A DNA stretch of 64,000 bases from Nanobdellota archaeon (GCA_038046005.1 JBBSXB010000005.1:19732-83731), one strand, 5' to 3'; shown: positions 20,332 through 30,876, counted from the first letter of the stretch. Notes: generated from the letters alone by a model not told the origin. Numbers and translations are program-made.

Positions 20332-22038
20332 ATGACAGAATTATTCACTAACTTGAGTTTGATCATTCTAATAGCTTTTCTAGTGTCTTTTATGATAAGG
20401 CTTTTAAAACAGCCTCTTTTAATCGGTTATATTATCACCGGAATCATCGCTGGTCCATACTTCTTTAATTTGATTGAGGCTGACCAGACAATCGGAACAT
20501 TTTCAAAGCTGGGTGTTGCTTTGCTTTTGTTCACCGTTGGTTTGCATTTAAATCCCAAAGTAATAAAGGAAGTGGGAAAAACTGCTCTTATCACAGGAGT
20601 TGGGCAGGTCATTTTCACTTCGGTAATTGGTTTTTTAATTGCTAAAGGGTTGGGTTTTGCAACCTTGACATCTGTCTATATTTCTGTTGCGTTTACGTTC
20701 AGTAGCACGATTATAATCCTGAAATTGCTTAGCGATAAGGGGGACCTTAACAGTGTGTATGGAAAAGTCTCGGTTGGACTTTTGATATTCCAAGATTTGA
20801 TTGCTGTCTTTTTATTGATGATTATTTCTTCATCTTCTAATAATATTGTCACTCCGTTCTTGATTACATTTACTGTCATTAAAGGTATCTTTATACTTGG
20901 CGCTTTATTTTTAATCAGTTTGTATTTGCTTCCACACATAACTAATTTTGTTGCAAAATCACAGGAATTTTTATTTTTGTTTTCTATTGCATGGTGTTTT
21001 GCACTTGCTAGCTTATTCCAATATTTTGGCTTTTCATTGGAAATAGGGGCGCTGCTTGCAGGAATCTCTCTTTCAACTTCCGTTTATGGTGCAGAAATAA
21101 GCTCGAAACTTAAACCCTTGAGAGATTTTTTCATCGTAATGTTTTTTGTCGTAATAGGTTCACAGATGATTATTGGAGAAGTTGGCGCCAATGTAGTTCC
21201 AGTAATTATTTTCTCTCTCTTCATTTTGATTGGTCATCCTGTAATTATGATGATGCTAATGGGGGCATTGGGATACACAAAAAGAAACAGCTTTTTAGCA
21301 GGATTGACCGTTGCACAAATAAGTGAATTCTCGATAATCATGGTGGCTTTAGGAGTAAGTGTTGGTCATATAAGCAGAGAAATTTTGTCTTTGGTAACGA
21401 TGGTCGGATTAATCACAATTGCAGGCTCTACTTATCTAATAATGTATTCAAACAAAATTTATCCTTTAATCTCAAAATACCTTAATATTTTTGAAAAAAA
21501 GAATGTCAAGGAAAAGAAAGAGATTAAAGAAAAGTATGATGTAATCTTGTTTGGTTATAACAGGATTGGATTCGGCATATTGAAATCACTTAAAGAGTCA
21601 AAGACAAAGTATCTTGTCGTTGATTATAATCCTGAGATAGTTTCTAATTTAAAAAAATTCAGAGTTCCTGTTTTGTATGGAGATGTTTATGACAAAGAAT
21701 TCCTGGATTCGCTTCCGCTGAAAAATGTTAAAATAGTTGTGTCTACAATTCCTGATGTTGAAACTAGCACCGTGCTGATAAAAACTGTAAAGGGTATTAA
21801 TCCTCAAGTGATAGTCATTGTAAGAGCAAACCAGATTGATGACGCTTTGAAGCTTTACAAATCCGGAGCTGATTATGTTCTGACTCCTCATTTTTTAGGC
21901 GGAGAATATGTTGCAAACATGGTTAAGAATTTTGGAGATTCTTCATTGAACTACAAGCTAGAAAAAGAAAGGCATTTGAAAATGCTTCACGAGAGGAAAA
22001 ATCTCGGGCAAGAGCATCCTGATGTGGATAAGAATTAA
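20332..22038 (+). CDS. CPA2 (Kef-type) cation/H+ antiporter with TrkA-N domain
   Basis: Many TMs, SSTIII, FQD, QISEF; C-terminal GYNRIG Rossmann motif. Confidence 0.92.
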   Translation: MTELFTNLSLIILIAFLVSFMIRLLKQPLLIGYIITGIIAGPYFFNLIEADQTIGTFSKLGVALLLFTVGLHLNPKVIKEVGKTALITGVGQVIFTSVIGFLIAKGLGFATLTSVYISVAFTFSSTIIILKLLSDKGDLNSVYGKVSVGLLIFQDLIAVFLLMIISSSSNNIVTPFLITFTVIKGIFILGALFLISLYLLPHITNFVAKSQEFLFLFSIAWCFALASLFQYFGFSLEIGALLAGISLSTSVYGAEISSKLKPLRDFFIVMFFVVIGSQMIIGEVGANVVPVIIFSLFILIGHPVIMMMLMGALGYTKRNSFLAGLTVAQISEFSIIMVALGVSVGHISREILSLVTMVGLITIAGSTYLIMYSNKIYPLISKYLNIFEKKNVKEKKEIKEKYDVILFGYNRIGFGILKSLKESKTKYLVVDYNPEIVSNLKKFRVPVLYGDVYDKEFLDSLPLKNVKIVVSTIPDVETSTVLIKTVKGINPQVIVIVRANQIDDALKLYKSGADYVLTPHFLGGEYVANMVKNFGDSSLNYKLEKERHLKMLHERKNLGQEHPDVDKN

Positions 22039-22078
22039 TTTACCACAAAACATATAAATTTGCTATCTATTAATTTTT

Positions 22079-22399
22079 ATGGTAACATTTGTGTCTCAGT
22101 ATGATGTTTTTGTGCAGATGGTTCATTCTTCTGACAGTTATTTAAATGCAACAGAACAAGGGAGAAAAGAGATGGATGAATATTTAAAATCTCAAGAAGT
22201 TAGAAATCATTTTGGTAGTAGAATTATCCCCCAGTTCACACTTCATGAATCAATTGTTTTAGAATTTACAAATTGTGGTGCTTTCCAGCAAAGAACACCC
22301 CAAGAGCAACAAAATATTGGAAGATATTTGTCCTCTAAAAAATTTAAAGGTGTTGTTGATAAATTAGAGAGTAGAGTTAATAATTTTTTTAATGTTTAA
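22079..22399 (+). CDS. Hypothetical protein
   Basis: 106-aa ORF with a weak internal repeat (..YLKS / ..YLSS). Confidence 0.6.
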   Translation: MVTFVSQYDVFVQMVHSSDSYLNATEQGRKEMDEYLKSQEVRNHFGSRIIPQFTLHESIVLEFTNCGAFQQRTPQEQQNIGRYLSSKKFKGVVDKLESRVNNFFNV

Positions 22400-22475
22400 T
22401 GAGACAGGATTTTTTAGCCTTTTTTAACAATTTTCTTAAAGATAACTTTAAATATAATATCTTCTTTTGGGAAAT

Positions 22476-23768
22476 ATGATTGATATAAAACTGATAAGAG
22501 AGCATCCTGAGATTGTAAAAGAGAACATAAAAAAGAAGTTTCAAAATCAAAAGCTTATTTTAGTTGATAAGATTAGAGAGTTTGACGATGAGTGGAGGGC
22601 ACTTAAATACAAAGAGGATAATTTAAGGTCGGAAAGAAATAAAATTTCTCAGGAAATAAATGAGCTTAAAAAAGCCGGGAAAAATGTCAAGAACGAGCTG
22701 AAAAAAGCAAAAGAAATTCCGGAAGAAATTGAAAAGGTTTTGATTCAAAGAAAGAAACTTGAGGATGATGTTTACAATATTTCTCTGCAAATCCCGAACA
22801 TTATTGATAAGAGTGTTCCGATAGGAAAAGATGCTTCTGAAAATAAAGTTGCGAAGGTTTTTGGAAAGCCTGCAAAATTAGGATTTGAAGCGAAGGGTCA
22901 TGCTGAGCTTGGAGAAAAATTGGGAATCTTAGATTTTGATTCTTCTGCAAATATATCTGGAAAAGGATTTTATGTTTTGAAAAATGAACTTGCTTTGTTA
23001 AACATGGCTTTGATAAATTTTGCAAGAAATTTTATGATAAAAAAAGGATTTGAATATATCGAACCCCCTTTAATGCTAAGGGAAGAAATCTTGAGGGGAG
23101 TTTACTCCAAAAATGAAATTGATCAGATGTCTTACAAGATTGAAGGTGAGGATCTTTATCTGATTGCTACATCAGAACATCCTTTAATCGGAATGTTCAT
23201 AAACAAAACTTTAACGTCAAAAAATATTCCTGTAAAACAAACTGCTTATTCAATGTGTTTCAGAAAAGAAATAGGAAGCCACGGGATTGATGAAAAGGGA
23301 GTTTATAGGACTCACCAATTCAACAAACAGGAAATGATTGTCATATGTGAGCCTTCTGAGTCAAGCAAATGGTATGATGAAATGATGAAGATGAGCGTTG
23401 AACTTTTCAAGGAGCTTGAGTTTCCATTCAGAATTTTGGAAATTTGTTCTGGAGATTTGGGAGATTTGAAAACTAAGCAATGTGACTTTGAAGCATGGAG
23501 TCCGAAAAGGAAAGAATATTTTGAGATTACATCTTTGTCAAATATGGGAGACGCACAGGCAAGAAGGCTTGGAATAAGGATTGACAATGGCAAGGAAAGA
23601 TATTTTGCCCATACTTTAAACAATACAGTTATAGCAACTTCAAGAATTATGGTTGCAATCTTGGAAAATTTCCAACAAAAAGACGGAAGCATAAAGATTC
23701 CAAAAGCATTGTGGCCTTATACTAAGTTTAAGGTAATCGGTTCTATTGAGAAAAAAAACAAAAAATAG
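22476..23768 (+). CDS. serS: Seryl-tRNA synthetase
   Basis: MIDIKLIRE, LIATSEHP, FRKEIG, HQFNKQE, AHTLNNT. Confidence 0.97.
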   Translation: MIDIKLIREHPEIVKENIKKKFQNQKLILVDKIREFDDEWRALKYKEDNLRSERNKISQEINELKKAGKNVKNELKKAKEIPEEIEKVLIQRKKLEDDVYNISLQIPNIIDKSVPIGKDASENKVAKVFGKPAKLGFEAKGHAELGEKLGILDFDSSANISGKGFYVLKNELALLNMALINFARNFMIKKGFEYIEPPLMLREEILRGVYSKNEIDQMSYKIEGEDLYLIATSEHPLIGMFINKTLTSKNIPVKQTAYSMCFRKEIGSHGIDEKGVYRTHQFNKQEMIVICEPSESSKWYDEMMKMSVELFKELEFPFRILEICSGDLGDLKTKQCDFEAWSPKRKEYFEITSLSNMGDAQARRLGIRIDNGKERYFAHTLNNTVIATSRIMVAILENFQQKDGSIKIPKALWPYTKFKVIGSIEKKNKK

Positions 23769-23772
23769 AATT

Positions 23773-24012
23773 ATGAAAAATAAAATAGCCGTTCTAATAA
23801 TGGCTGGATTGTTTTGTGCAGTTTTAGGATACTTTTTGTATAATAATTTAAGCAGAAATGGTGATCGTATTAACTCGGAATCTAATTTTAACAACAATAG
23901 TGGAAGTTCGGCTAGTTTTGGTTCTCAGGGCCAGACAACTGTTGACAGTAGTGAAGCCGTCAAAGTGGGAAAAAGACTTTCTAATGGGCATGTGAGGGTG
24001 AAGGCAGCATAA
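23773..24012 (+). CDS. Short membrane-anchored protein, possibly truncated
   Basis: N-terminal TM followed by an Asn/Ser-rich linker. Confidence 0.45.
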   Translation: MKNKIAVLIMAGLFCAVLGYFLYNNLSRNGDRINSESNFNNNSGSSASFGSQGQTTVDSSEAVKVGKRLSNGHVRVKAA

Positions 24013-24117
24013 TCACAAACTTTAAAAACCGTGTTTGAGAGATATGGTTAAGTATATGCGGACTATTTCTGAAGAAGTAGAAAAGCAGAACGACTAAATA
24101 CAGATGGAGGAAACGAA

Positions 24118-24477
24118 ATGAAAGTATACGTAGGGAATTTGTCTTTTGCTATCGACAACAACAAGCTTAACGAACTTTTCTCTGAATTCGGAGGAATCGA
24201 AGAAGCTATTGTCATTGTTGACAAGTTTTCAGGCAGATCAAAGGGATTTGGGTTCGTGACTTTTAAGGATGACGATTCAGCTAAGAAAGCCATTTCAGAA
24301 ATGAATGACAAGGAAGTTGAAGGTAGAAAACTTAAGGTTAATGAAGCAAAACCAATGGATCCTGACAGACCAAGACCCCCTAGAAGAGACTTTGGCGGCA
24401 GAGGCTTCGGTGGCGGTGGCGGTAGCGGTAGTGGTGGCGGCGGCAGAAGATTCGGCGGAAGCAGAGACAGATTCTAA
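24118..24477 (+). CDS. RRM RNA-binding protein with Gly/Arg-rich tail
   Basis: RNP2 VYVGNL, RNP1 KGFGFVTF; GGAGG RBS upstream. Confidence 0.95.
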   Translation: MKVYVGNLSFAIDNNKLNELFSEFGGIEEAIVIVDKFSGRSKGFGFVTFKDDDSAKKAISEMNDKEVEGRKLKVNEAKPMDPDRPRPPRRDFGGRGFGGGGGSGSGGGGRRFGGSRDRF

Positions 24478-24569
24478 ATATTTGTCTCAATAAATGAATT
24501 TTTCTTTTTTTCTTTTTTAAATTTAAGTTGATGTTTTAGTGCAATAATTTTTATAAGGGGTTAATTAGT

Positions 24570-25223
24570 GTGAGAAATATGGTAGGTAAAGTAAGAATAA
24601 GCTACGTTCTAAATGAGAACTATTTTGTGGTTCCAGGAGTTTCTTACAAGGGAGAGACTGGAACCTGGAATGTTTTTGAAAATCTTACTGGACAAGTGAC
24701 TCAAGATGAGCTTGTTGAATACTCTGAAAAAGAAAAACAAAAAGGAAATCCTTATTTGATGGATTTGCCTTTGCATTTTGCTGTTTTTCTTGCTGCCTAC
24801 AAATTAAGAAATGGTCAAGATGCCAAGAGATTAAGGGCGTTTTTGCAAAATAGCCTTAGAAGACATTTACATACTCTAACGAGAATTGCATATAATCCTG
24901 ATGGAATAGATGAAGCAATGCACAATTATGGAACTTCTGAACAATATTCTTTAAAAGGAACTATCATTGGTCCTGACCAGTGGATTAAAGATATGGAAGA
25001 CAAAAAAACTTTGGAAATTCTTTTAAGTACAGAAGATGTTGTACAAATAAATAATGTTTTTAAGTGGATTAGCAAGAAAAATGGATATATTTGTAGAGTG
25101 AATTTGCCAACTAAAGAAGATGAGGAAGCTGTCAGGCTTTATGCTGGCGACGATAGGTTCTATTTAGACTGTGGCAAGTTAGGTGGTGCGTGTCCTGCCA
25201 TACGTGTTATGAGAGTTGATTGA
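24570..25223 (+). CDS. Hypothetical protein
   Basis: 217-aa ORF with a TATA box upstream. Confidence 0.7.
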   Translation: MRNMVGKVRISYVLNENYFVVPGVSYKGETGTWNVFENLTGQVTQDELVEYSEKEKQKGNPYLMDLPLHFAVFLAAYKLRNGQDAKRLRAFLQNSLRRHLHTLTRIAYNPDGIDEAMHNYGTSEQYSLKGTIIGPDQWIKDMEDKKTLEILLSTEDVVQINNVFKWISKKNGYICRVNLPTKEDEEAVRLYAGDDRFYLDCGKLGGACPAIRVMRVD

Positions 25224-25273
25224 GGTTTTAAATCAGTAACTTTTAAAAGGGGATTTCTGCATTATATTTTCAT

Positions 25274-25386
25274 GCTCGCATGGTCTAGCGGTTATGACTC
25301 ATCCCTGTCGTGACATCTTCTTTATGAAAAAGAAAGGGGAAAATCACAGAACGGATGCGATCCGGGTTCGACTCCCGGTGCGGGCG
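25274..25386 (+). tRNA. tRNA-Asp(GTC) with a 41-nt canonical 37/38 intron (25311-25351)
   Basis: Acceptor GCTCGCA/TGCGGGC; anticodon stem CATCC/GGATG with GTC at 25307-25309; T arm CCGGG-TTCGACT-CCCGG; BHB helix CTGT/ACAG with CGT and AAC bulges. Confidence 0.95.
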
Positions 25387-25480
25387 TAATACATATTAGA
25401 CCAATTTGGTGAGACTCTTTTCCTAACGGATATATTGTATCTCGACTGTCCATATAAAATCCCGAGATCAAGGAAAAGAT

Positions 25481-26632
25481 ATGAAAATCGATCCATATAA
25501 GCACAAGGAAAGATACCTTAATTGGAAAGAATCAGTAAAACAGGGAATTCCGAGCATAAGCAAAGAAAACTCGGAAATTATACTGCAATATCTAAAAGAT
25601 ATGGAAATTGGAGTTAATATTTCTTCAGTTAGTGTGAAAGGCTCAAGAGGATATAATAGACTAAACACTTTAAAGGACAAACTTATATTCTTCTCCAAAA
25701 AGTTTAACACAAGCTTTAATTTGGGCTGTATAATGGAGATTAAAGAGGAACAGTTATTTCAATTCTTTTCAGAGATGGATAAAGGAATCATAAAAAGACA
25801 AGATGGAAATAACTTTATGGGAGTGCACACTTATGTTAAGATATTCAAAGCGTTTTGGCATTGGTATCAGAAAATCGCCAGAAAGCAGGGAATTGAGGTA
25901 AAAGATATTACTTTAGATTTAGATACTAAAGCAAATAAGCCAAAATGGGTTTATCTTACAGAAAAACAAGTTAAACAGCTTTATGATAGGGCAGGAAGTA
26001 GATACAAAGTCCTAATAATGTTCTTATTTGACACAGGAATAAGAGCGCCAACAGAGTTGATTAATATTAGAGTTAGCGATTTATTCAATAATTGCACTGA
26101 GTTGCAAATAAGAGATGAAATAAGTAAAACATTTGGAAGAAGAATTAAATTAATGCTTTGCTCAAACATTCTTAAAGACTATATTCAAGAAAATAATCTT
26201 AAACCAGAAGATCAGTTATTTGCAATAAACCCAACTGTAGTAAACAGATATCTCAAAAATTTAGCAGTGAAGATTTTTGGCAAAGGCATGAGTGATGCAG
26301 GTGAATTATATTCTAGATTATCAATGTATGATTTCAGGCATTGTTCATGTTGTTATTGGCTTCCAAGATATAAATCTGAAAGTGCCTTGAAATATAGATT
26401 TGGATGGAAAAAATCAGATAAAATACATTATTATTCAGAATTATTAGGAATGAAGGACAAAATTTCTGAAGAAGACCTTTTGATTGATATAACTAAAACA
26501 GAAATTGAGAAAAGACTGACAAAAGCTGAAAGAGAAGTTGAATTTTTAACTGAAGATAATCAGCACATGAAAAATCAGATGAAGGAAATTCTAAAATTAA
26601 TCTCCAATGCTAGAGAAATTGTAGCTAATTAA
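25481..26632 (+). CDS. Tyrosine recombinase/integrase 1
   Basis: DTGIRAPTEL (R), SKT (K), YDFRH, FGW, IHYY (Y); C-terminal coiled coil. Confidence 0.92.
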   Translation: MKIDPYKHKERYLNWKESVKQGIPSISKENSEIILQYLKDMEIGVNISSVSVKGSRGYNRLNTLKDKLIFFSKKFNTSFNLGCIMEIKEEQLFQFFSEMDKGIIKRQDGNNFMGVHTYVKIFKAFWHWYQKIARKQGIEVKDITLDLDTKANKPKWVYLTEKQVKQLYDRAGSRYKVLIMFLFDTGIRAPTELINIRVSDLFNNCTELQIRDEISKTFGRRIKLMLCSNILKDYIQENNLKPEDQLFAINPTVVNRYLKNLAVKIFGKGMSDAGELYSRLSMYDFRHCSCCYWLPRYKSESALKYRFGWKKSDKIHYYSELLGMKDKISEEDLLIDITKTEIEKRLTKAEREVEFLTEDNQHMKNQMKEILKLISNAREIVAN

Positions 26633-26636
26633 AAAC

Positions 26637-26871
26637 AGCCACTCGGCATAATAGGACTCTTTTTGGTTGGTGGCTCTTTTTGAAGTGATTATTATACAAG
26701 AAACATTCAAATTAATGGTGACTCTCTAGACCTTAGATTTTTGAAAACCTATTTTTATTAAATCCGACGACAAAATATGAAGAGTCACTCGGCATAATAG
26801 AACTCTTTCTTGGCAGTGACTCTTTTTTGAGATAATTCCTTTATGATAAACACTCAAACTAATTGTGGCTT
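26637..26871. repeat. Two ~89-bp imperfect direct repeats (26637-26725, 26783-26871), each starting with a hairpin plus T-tract
   Basis: AGYCACTCGGCATAATAGRACTCTTT...GTGRCTCTTTTT...AAACAYTCAAAYTAAT in both copies. Confidence 0.85.
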
Positions 26872-26898
26872 TTAACTCCTAAAAAAAGGCCAAAGTGC

Positions 26899-27003
26899 GC
26901 ACCCCCAATTTTGAGTGCTACAAAATAGATTCTCGTCGGCAAAATTACATAAAAATCATCAAGAGTCAGTCGACTTAATATGTATGAATGGGGGTGGTGA
27001 CTC
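26899..27003. repeat. Non-coding block homologous to 50679-50783
   Basis: Colinear GCACCCCC, TCGTCGG, identical TCGACTTAATATGTATG and GGGGTGGTG. Confidence 0.85.
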
Positions 27004-27075
27004 GCTTAAAAAACGCCACCCCCTATAATGGAACTCTTTCTTTACATGAGTTGATTTTTTTATTATAAGATCTTC

Positions 27076-29685
27076 TTACTTAATTCCAAACAAATTCTTA
27101 ACAAAACTAGTAATTACAGAACTAATTGTCTTTTTTTGAGTTGTCGTAGTTGTTTGTACTGAAGTTTTAGTAGTTGTTGTAATAGCTGCTTTTGGTTGAG
27201 TTGTAGTAGTCTTAGGAGTAGTGGTTGTAGTGATTGTTTTTGGAGGTGTTGTGGTAGTTGATGTTCCAACTTTCATCGTTACTTTTGTGTTCTTGTAGCT
27301 TGCTCCTTCTTCAAGTGTAAATTTAAGTGCAGAAGTATCAAAGCCATTTGTTCCTGGCCCTACTCTTAAATTTACTATTGGACCTTTTCCAGTCGGAATA
27401 ACTGCAGATCCGTCTAACTTATATATTCCAATTATATCTTTATTGAAAGTCACACTGAGTAAGCTTGTTCTTGGTGTTGAAGTAACTCCCAATACTTTCA
27501 TCTTAGTTGTATCATATGAAATTTTGAGTCTTACTCCTGAAAGATCATCAGTATTGTCAAGATTTATTGGAACTAACTTTTCAGTATTTGTTCCTGTTGC
27601 AGTCCCGAATGAAACTGTTGAAGTTGAATATCCTGAATAAGTTCTATTATTGCAACTTAGAGGGGTGAATGAAATGTAAAGATAATCTATCATCCTCGAC
27701 AAGTCAGAAATATCAATACCTCCATCAGGTGATCCATCAACATTTCCAACAGACATTGGTGCCTTAAATGGTGTAAATGAAATAAACATGTAATCTATCA
27801 TTGCACTAAGGTCAGCGATGTCTACATTGCCACTCATGTCAAGATTGCCACATATTGTATTTGTTTTGGTTTTACAAGCACCATCCTGACAAAAAAATCC
27901 AAGAGGTTTAATAGTAGAGCAATCGGAAACTCTTGTTCCAACAGATCCATTGTTATTACAGACATACTCATAAACCCAACCCTCATATGTTCCATCTTAC
28001 ACACAATAATCAGTATATGAAACACCCTGATAAGTTACAATTCCCTTCATATTATAGTTATAACCTCCATCACTGTCAGTGCAAGTTGGTTGTTTCGTGA
28101 CTTCAATCAAAGCTCCTGAATCATTCATGTCAAGAACAGATATTGACATGTTGTTGAAACTGTCAAAGTATGTTTCGTTTTTGAATATGAGCGGCCAAGG
28201 AGATTGAAAATGCTCCGAAAAACTAGAATGTGTATTAATAAGAAATGTCCCAATATTTTCAAAATTGTTAATCTCATTCTGCCCTAATCTTATTAATAAT
28301 CCATGTTTAAATCTCTCTTCAGTGGGGGGTCGGTCCAGTAAATTTTTATTACTATAATTATTATAACCCCTATATTCAACATAATAATTTGACAAAAGGT
28401 TTAAGTTGTAGTCACCGCTATGAACTGGAGTTAGATTCATAATAGAGATATTATAATTTATGGGTATTTTAATTCCATGGATTTCTGAGGGATTTATTAA
28501 TTTTTTTTCTAAAGGAGTGATAAAAAATATTCCTTCCTCAACTTCTGCTATATTATTATCATTCCAACCCAAAATCTTTTTGCTAAAAACACCATAATCA
28601 CCATAAAAACTAGAAAATCCCATAACATCAAAAAAATCCCCATATTCATAATAAGTATGATATTTTTCAATCACCAAAATTTCCTTTGCGTGCATAAGAC
28701 CAAAATTATGTCCAAATTCGTGAACGAGAGTATTAAAACTATTGGGATATTCATTATCATAATAGTGTTGCCAGTAGTGATTAATCCATAAAGAATAGAT
28801 ATTAACTATTCCCTCATTTGTTAAATAAAAATTTTTTCCAATAGCGGCCATTCCAGAATACCATTTAAAGCAATCATTAGTTGATGAGTAAACAATAATT
28901 CCATCGTATTTACTAAAGTTTGTATCTTGGTCTGATTTATTTATTGCGATATTAACGTAGTCTGAATAATCACAATTTGAGAAGTTATCATAGATGTAAG
29001 AACCTCCAAAATCTACATGTATGTTTGCTTTCCCATAAGAAGCATCCTTTATCCAATTATTTACTAATCCGAAAGTTATGTTGGTAAAATTTTCTGCATC
29101 AAAATTATTTTTATCTGCTTCATTTAATAAATAAACAACAACATATTTCTGCTCACCCAATGTTTTTGGCCAAGGTTCAACATTCGCGGAAGCAACAGAA
29201 TAACTTGTTCCTCTTAAGTTTGAGTTTGTATCAGAAAAACTTATTTTATTATCTTTTAAATAACCAGTTACTTTTATTTTGGATTTTACAGGTAAGTGTT
29301 TATCTGTACTTAGCTCGTATCTTTTTCCATTATCATTTAGATAATAAACTTCTTTGCTTAATTGAGGTTCCTTAAAATTATCAATAATCATTAATTCAAC
29401 AACTCCTTCTTTTGTTACTAACTCTCCTAAAGAATTCTGCGTCTGTGGATTAACCCTTGTCGTTGTAGTTGGTGTCGTCGGAACAGTCGCTTTGGCCGTA
29501 GCCTGTGTCGAAGGACTAGGTGTTTGGAAATTAGAAGTTTTTGCTCCAATTATATCATCGGCAAACTTCTTCACAATATTTCCAGTAGAATTATAATTGA
29601 AACCCAAAAGAACCAACTCCAACACAATAATTAATGATAAAACTAGAATTAATGTTTTGTTAAACTTCAAACCTCTTTTCTTCAT
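27076..29685 (-). pseudogene. Secreted metzincin (M11/M6-like) protease-Cys-rich-dockerin-cohesin-like-Thr-rich protein interrupted by one in-frame TAA (27997-27999)
   Basis: HEFGHNFGLMH, DVMG Met-turn, CTDSDGG; ORFs 27997-29685 and 27076-27837 are in the same frame and the 53 codons between them are open. Confidence 0.8.
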
Positions 29686-29744
29686 TTAATCATAAAGCAA
29701 AAGTAGTTTAAAATAATTTGGGTTGGTAGAAAGTTTATTACCCA

Positions 29745-29795
29745 ATCCATAAATTTCATCTCGACAAGATTTATAAAGTCGAGAGATCAACACAA
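29745..29795. repeat. Palindromic repeat P (other copies at ~25439, 30901 partial, 31974, 33910, 35150)
   Basis: CATCTCGAC-AAKATTTAWAAA-GTCSRGAGATC-(G)CACACAA. Confidence 0.88.
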
Positions 29796-29945
29796 ATTGT
29801 AAAAAATCAAGGGCAAAAAAGAGTCCCATGATTTTGGTCCAATGTATCTCCGATTCGGTGCGGGCGTAGACTCCTTTTGGAATAATTAAGTGATGTACTT
29901 TTTCTAAATGCAAAAATCTATATATTTCAAGGGATAGACTTTTGT

Positions 29946-30647
29946 ATGGAAAATACTATCTGGGTAAATCTTAAGAGAGAGCTTAAAGAAGATTTTAAAT
30001 TAAGAGAGACTAAACTTCTTTGTTTTGCGACTTTCTTGGTAGTGATTCCTTGGATTCTTTCTAGCTTGTTATTTTTTGTTTCAGAAAAGGGAATATACTG
30101 GGTCAGAATTATTACTTTGGCCATATTTATAATCACTGACATCTTTTACGTTTTAAGAAAAAAGAGAAGAGATAATTTTTTTACTTCTTGGGGAGACTGG
30201 TTGACTATTCTTATTTTAGTAGCAATGTTAGTATTATACCTTGTACTAAGCTTTAAGTCTCTGGAATTTAAAATATTATCTTTATTGGCTTTTGTCTTTG
30301 TTGTGCTTGCAGTATTAGTCATAAATGGCTTTGTCCTTTTAGTAAAAAGCGAAAGATCGTTTTGGATAATTCTTCCGTATATTGCCCTCGTTAGTGCAAC
30401 AATAGTTTTTTTCGGATTTACATTTACTTTTAGCCAAATTAATTATTCTAATGGGACTTTAGTCAAAAATGCATGGGATTATATTTACTTTAGCTCGTCT
30501 ACTTTTTATGCTTCTACATATGGAGACATAATCCCAACTGGAGCGTTGAGTAAATTTTTAACCCAGATAGAAATATTTTTTAGTTTTATTATACATATTT
30601 TCTTAGTTGGTTATATCCTTTCAAAACCTAGGAAAAGTGAAAAATAA
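29946..30647 (+). CDS. Membrane protein with potassium-channel-like pore domain
   Basis: Multiple TMs; WDYIYFS..TFYASTYGDIIP (degenerate TxGYGD). Confidence 0.78.
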   Translation: MENTIWVNLKRELKEDFKLRETKLLCFATFLVVIPWILSSLLFFVSEKGIYWVRIITLAIFIITDIFYVLRKKRRDNFFTSWGDWLTILILVAMLVLYLVLSFKSLEFKILSLLAFVFVVLAVLVINGFVLLVKSERSFWIILPYIALVSATIVFFGFTFTFSQINYSNGTLVKNAWDYIYFSSSTFYASTYGDIIPTGALSKFLTQIEIFFSFIIHIFLVGYILSKPRKSEK

Positions 30648-30648
30648 A

Positions 30649-30876
30649 ATGAAGAAAATACTACTCTCCATTGAAAACGCATTGGCATTCCTTTTATCAG
30701 GTCTACTTTTACAAGTTAATATTTATTTGGGAATATTGTTTTTAATCGCTGGTTTTTTAGGAACATATTATTTAACTAAAAGTACTCCAGAAATAATATC
30801 TGGACCAGAAGGATCTTCTCCTCCAGACCCTAAAAGAGTTCCAGAAGGAAGCATCTTTGTACAGTATAAGAAATAG
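30649..30876 (+). CDS. Small two-TM membrane protein
   Basis: ATG directly after the upstream stop; hydrophobic. Confidence 0.6.
   Translation: MKKILLSIENALAFLLSGLLLQVNIYLGILFLIAGFLGTYYLTKSTPEIISGPEGSSPPDPKRVPEGSIFVQYKK

Larger units (their letters stand above)
25376..29867. mobile_element. Element E1: integrase-bearing island in tRNA-Asp
   Basis: Bounded by CGGTGCGGGCGT at 25376 and 29856; tyrosine integrase next to the tRNA. Confidence 0.88.

Noticed and set aside
24062-24079. Hairpin CTATTTC-TGAA-GAAGTAG in the RRM gene leader as a riboswitch
   Set aside because: It is too short and has no support beyond one weak stem.
25322-25504. 60-aa minus-strand ORF
   Set aside because: It is antisense to the tRNA and the att site.
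27130-27270. Low-complexity GTT/GTA repeats
   Set aside because: They simply encode a Thr-rich linker.
10970-27999. Stop-codon reassignment explaining the in-frame TAG and TAA
   Set aside because: Two different codons are involved, and TAA, TAG and TGA all terminate well-conserved genes in this window.
27834-28025. 63-aa ORF as a frameshifted linker
   Set aside because: The two flanking ORFs are already in frame across a single TAA, so this ORF is a shadow.
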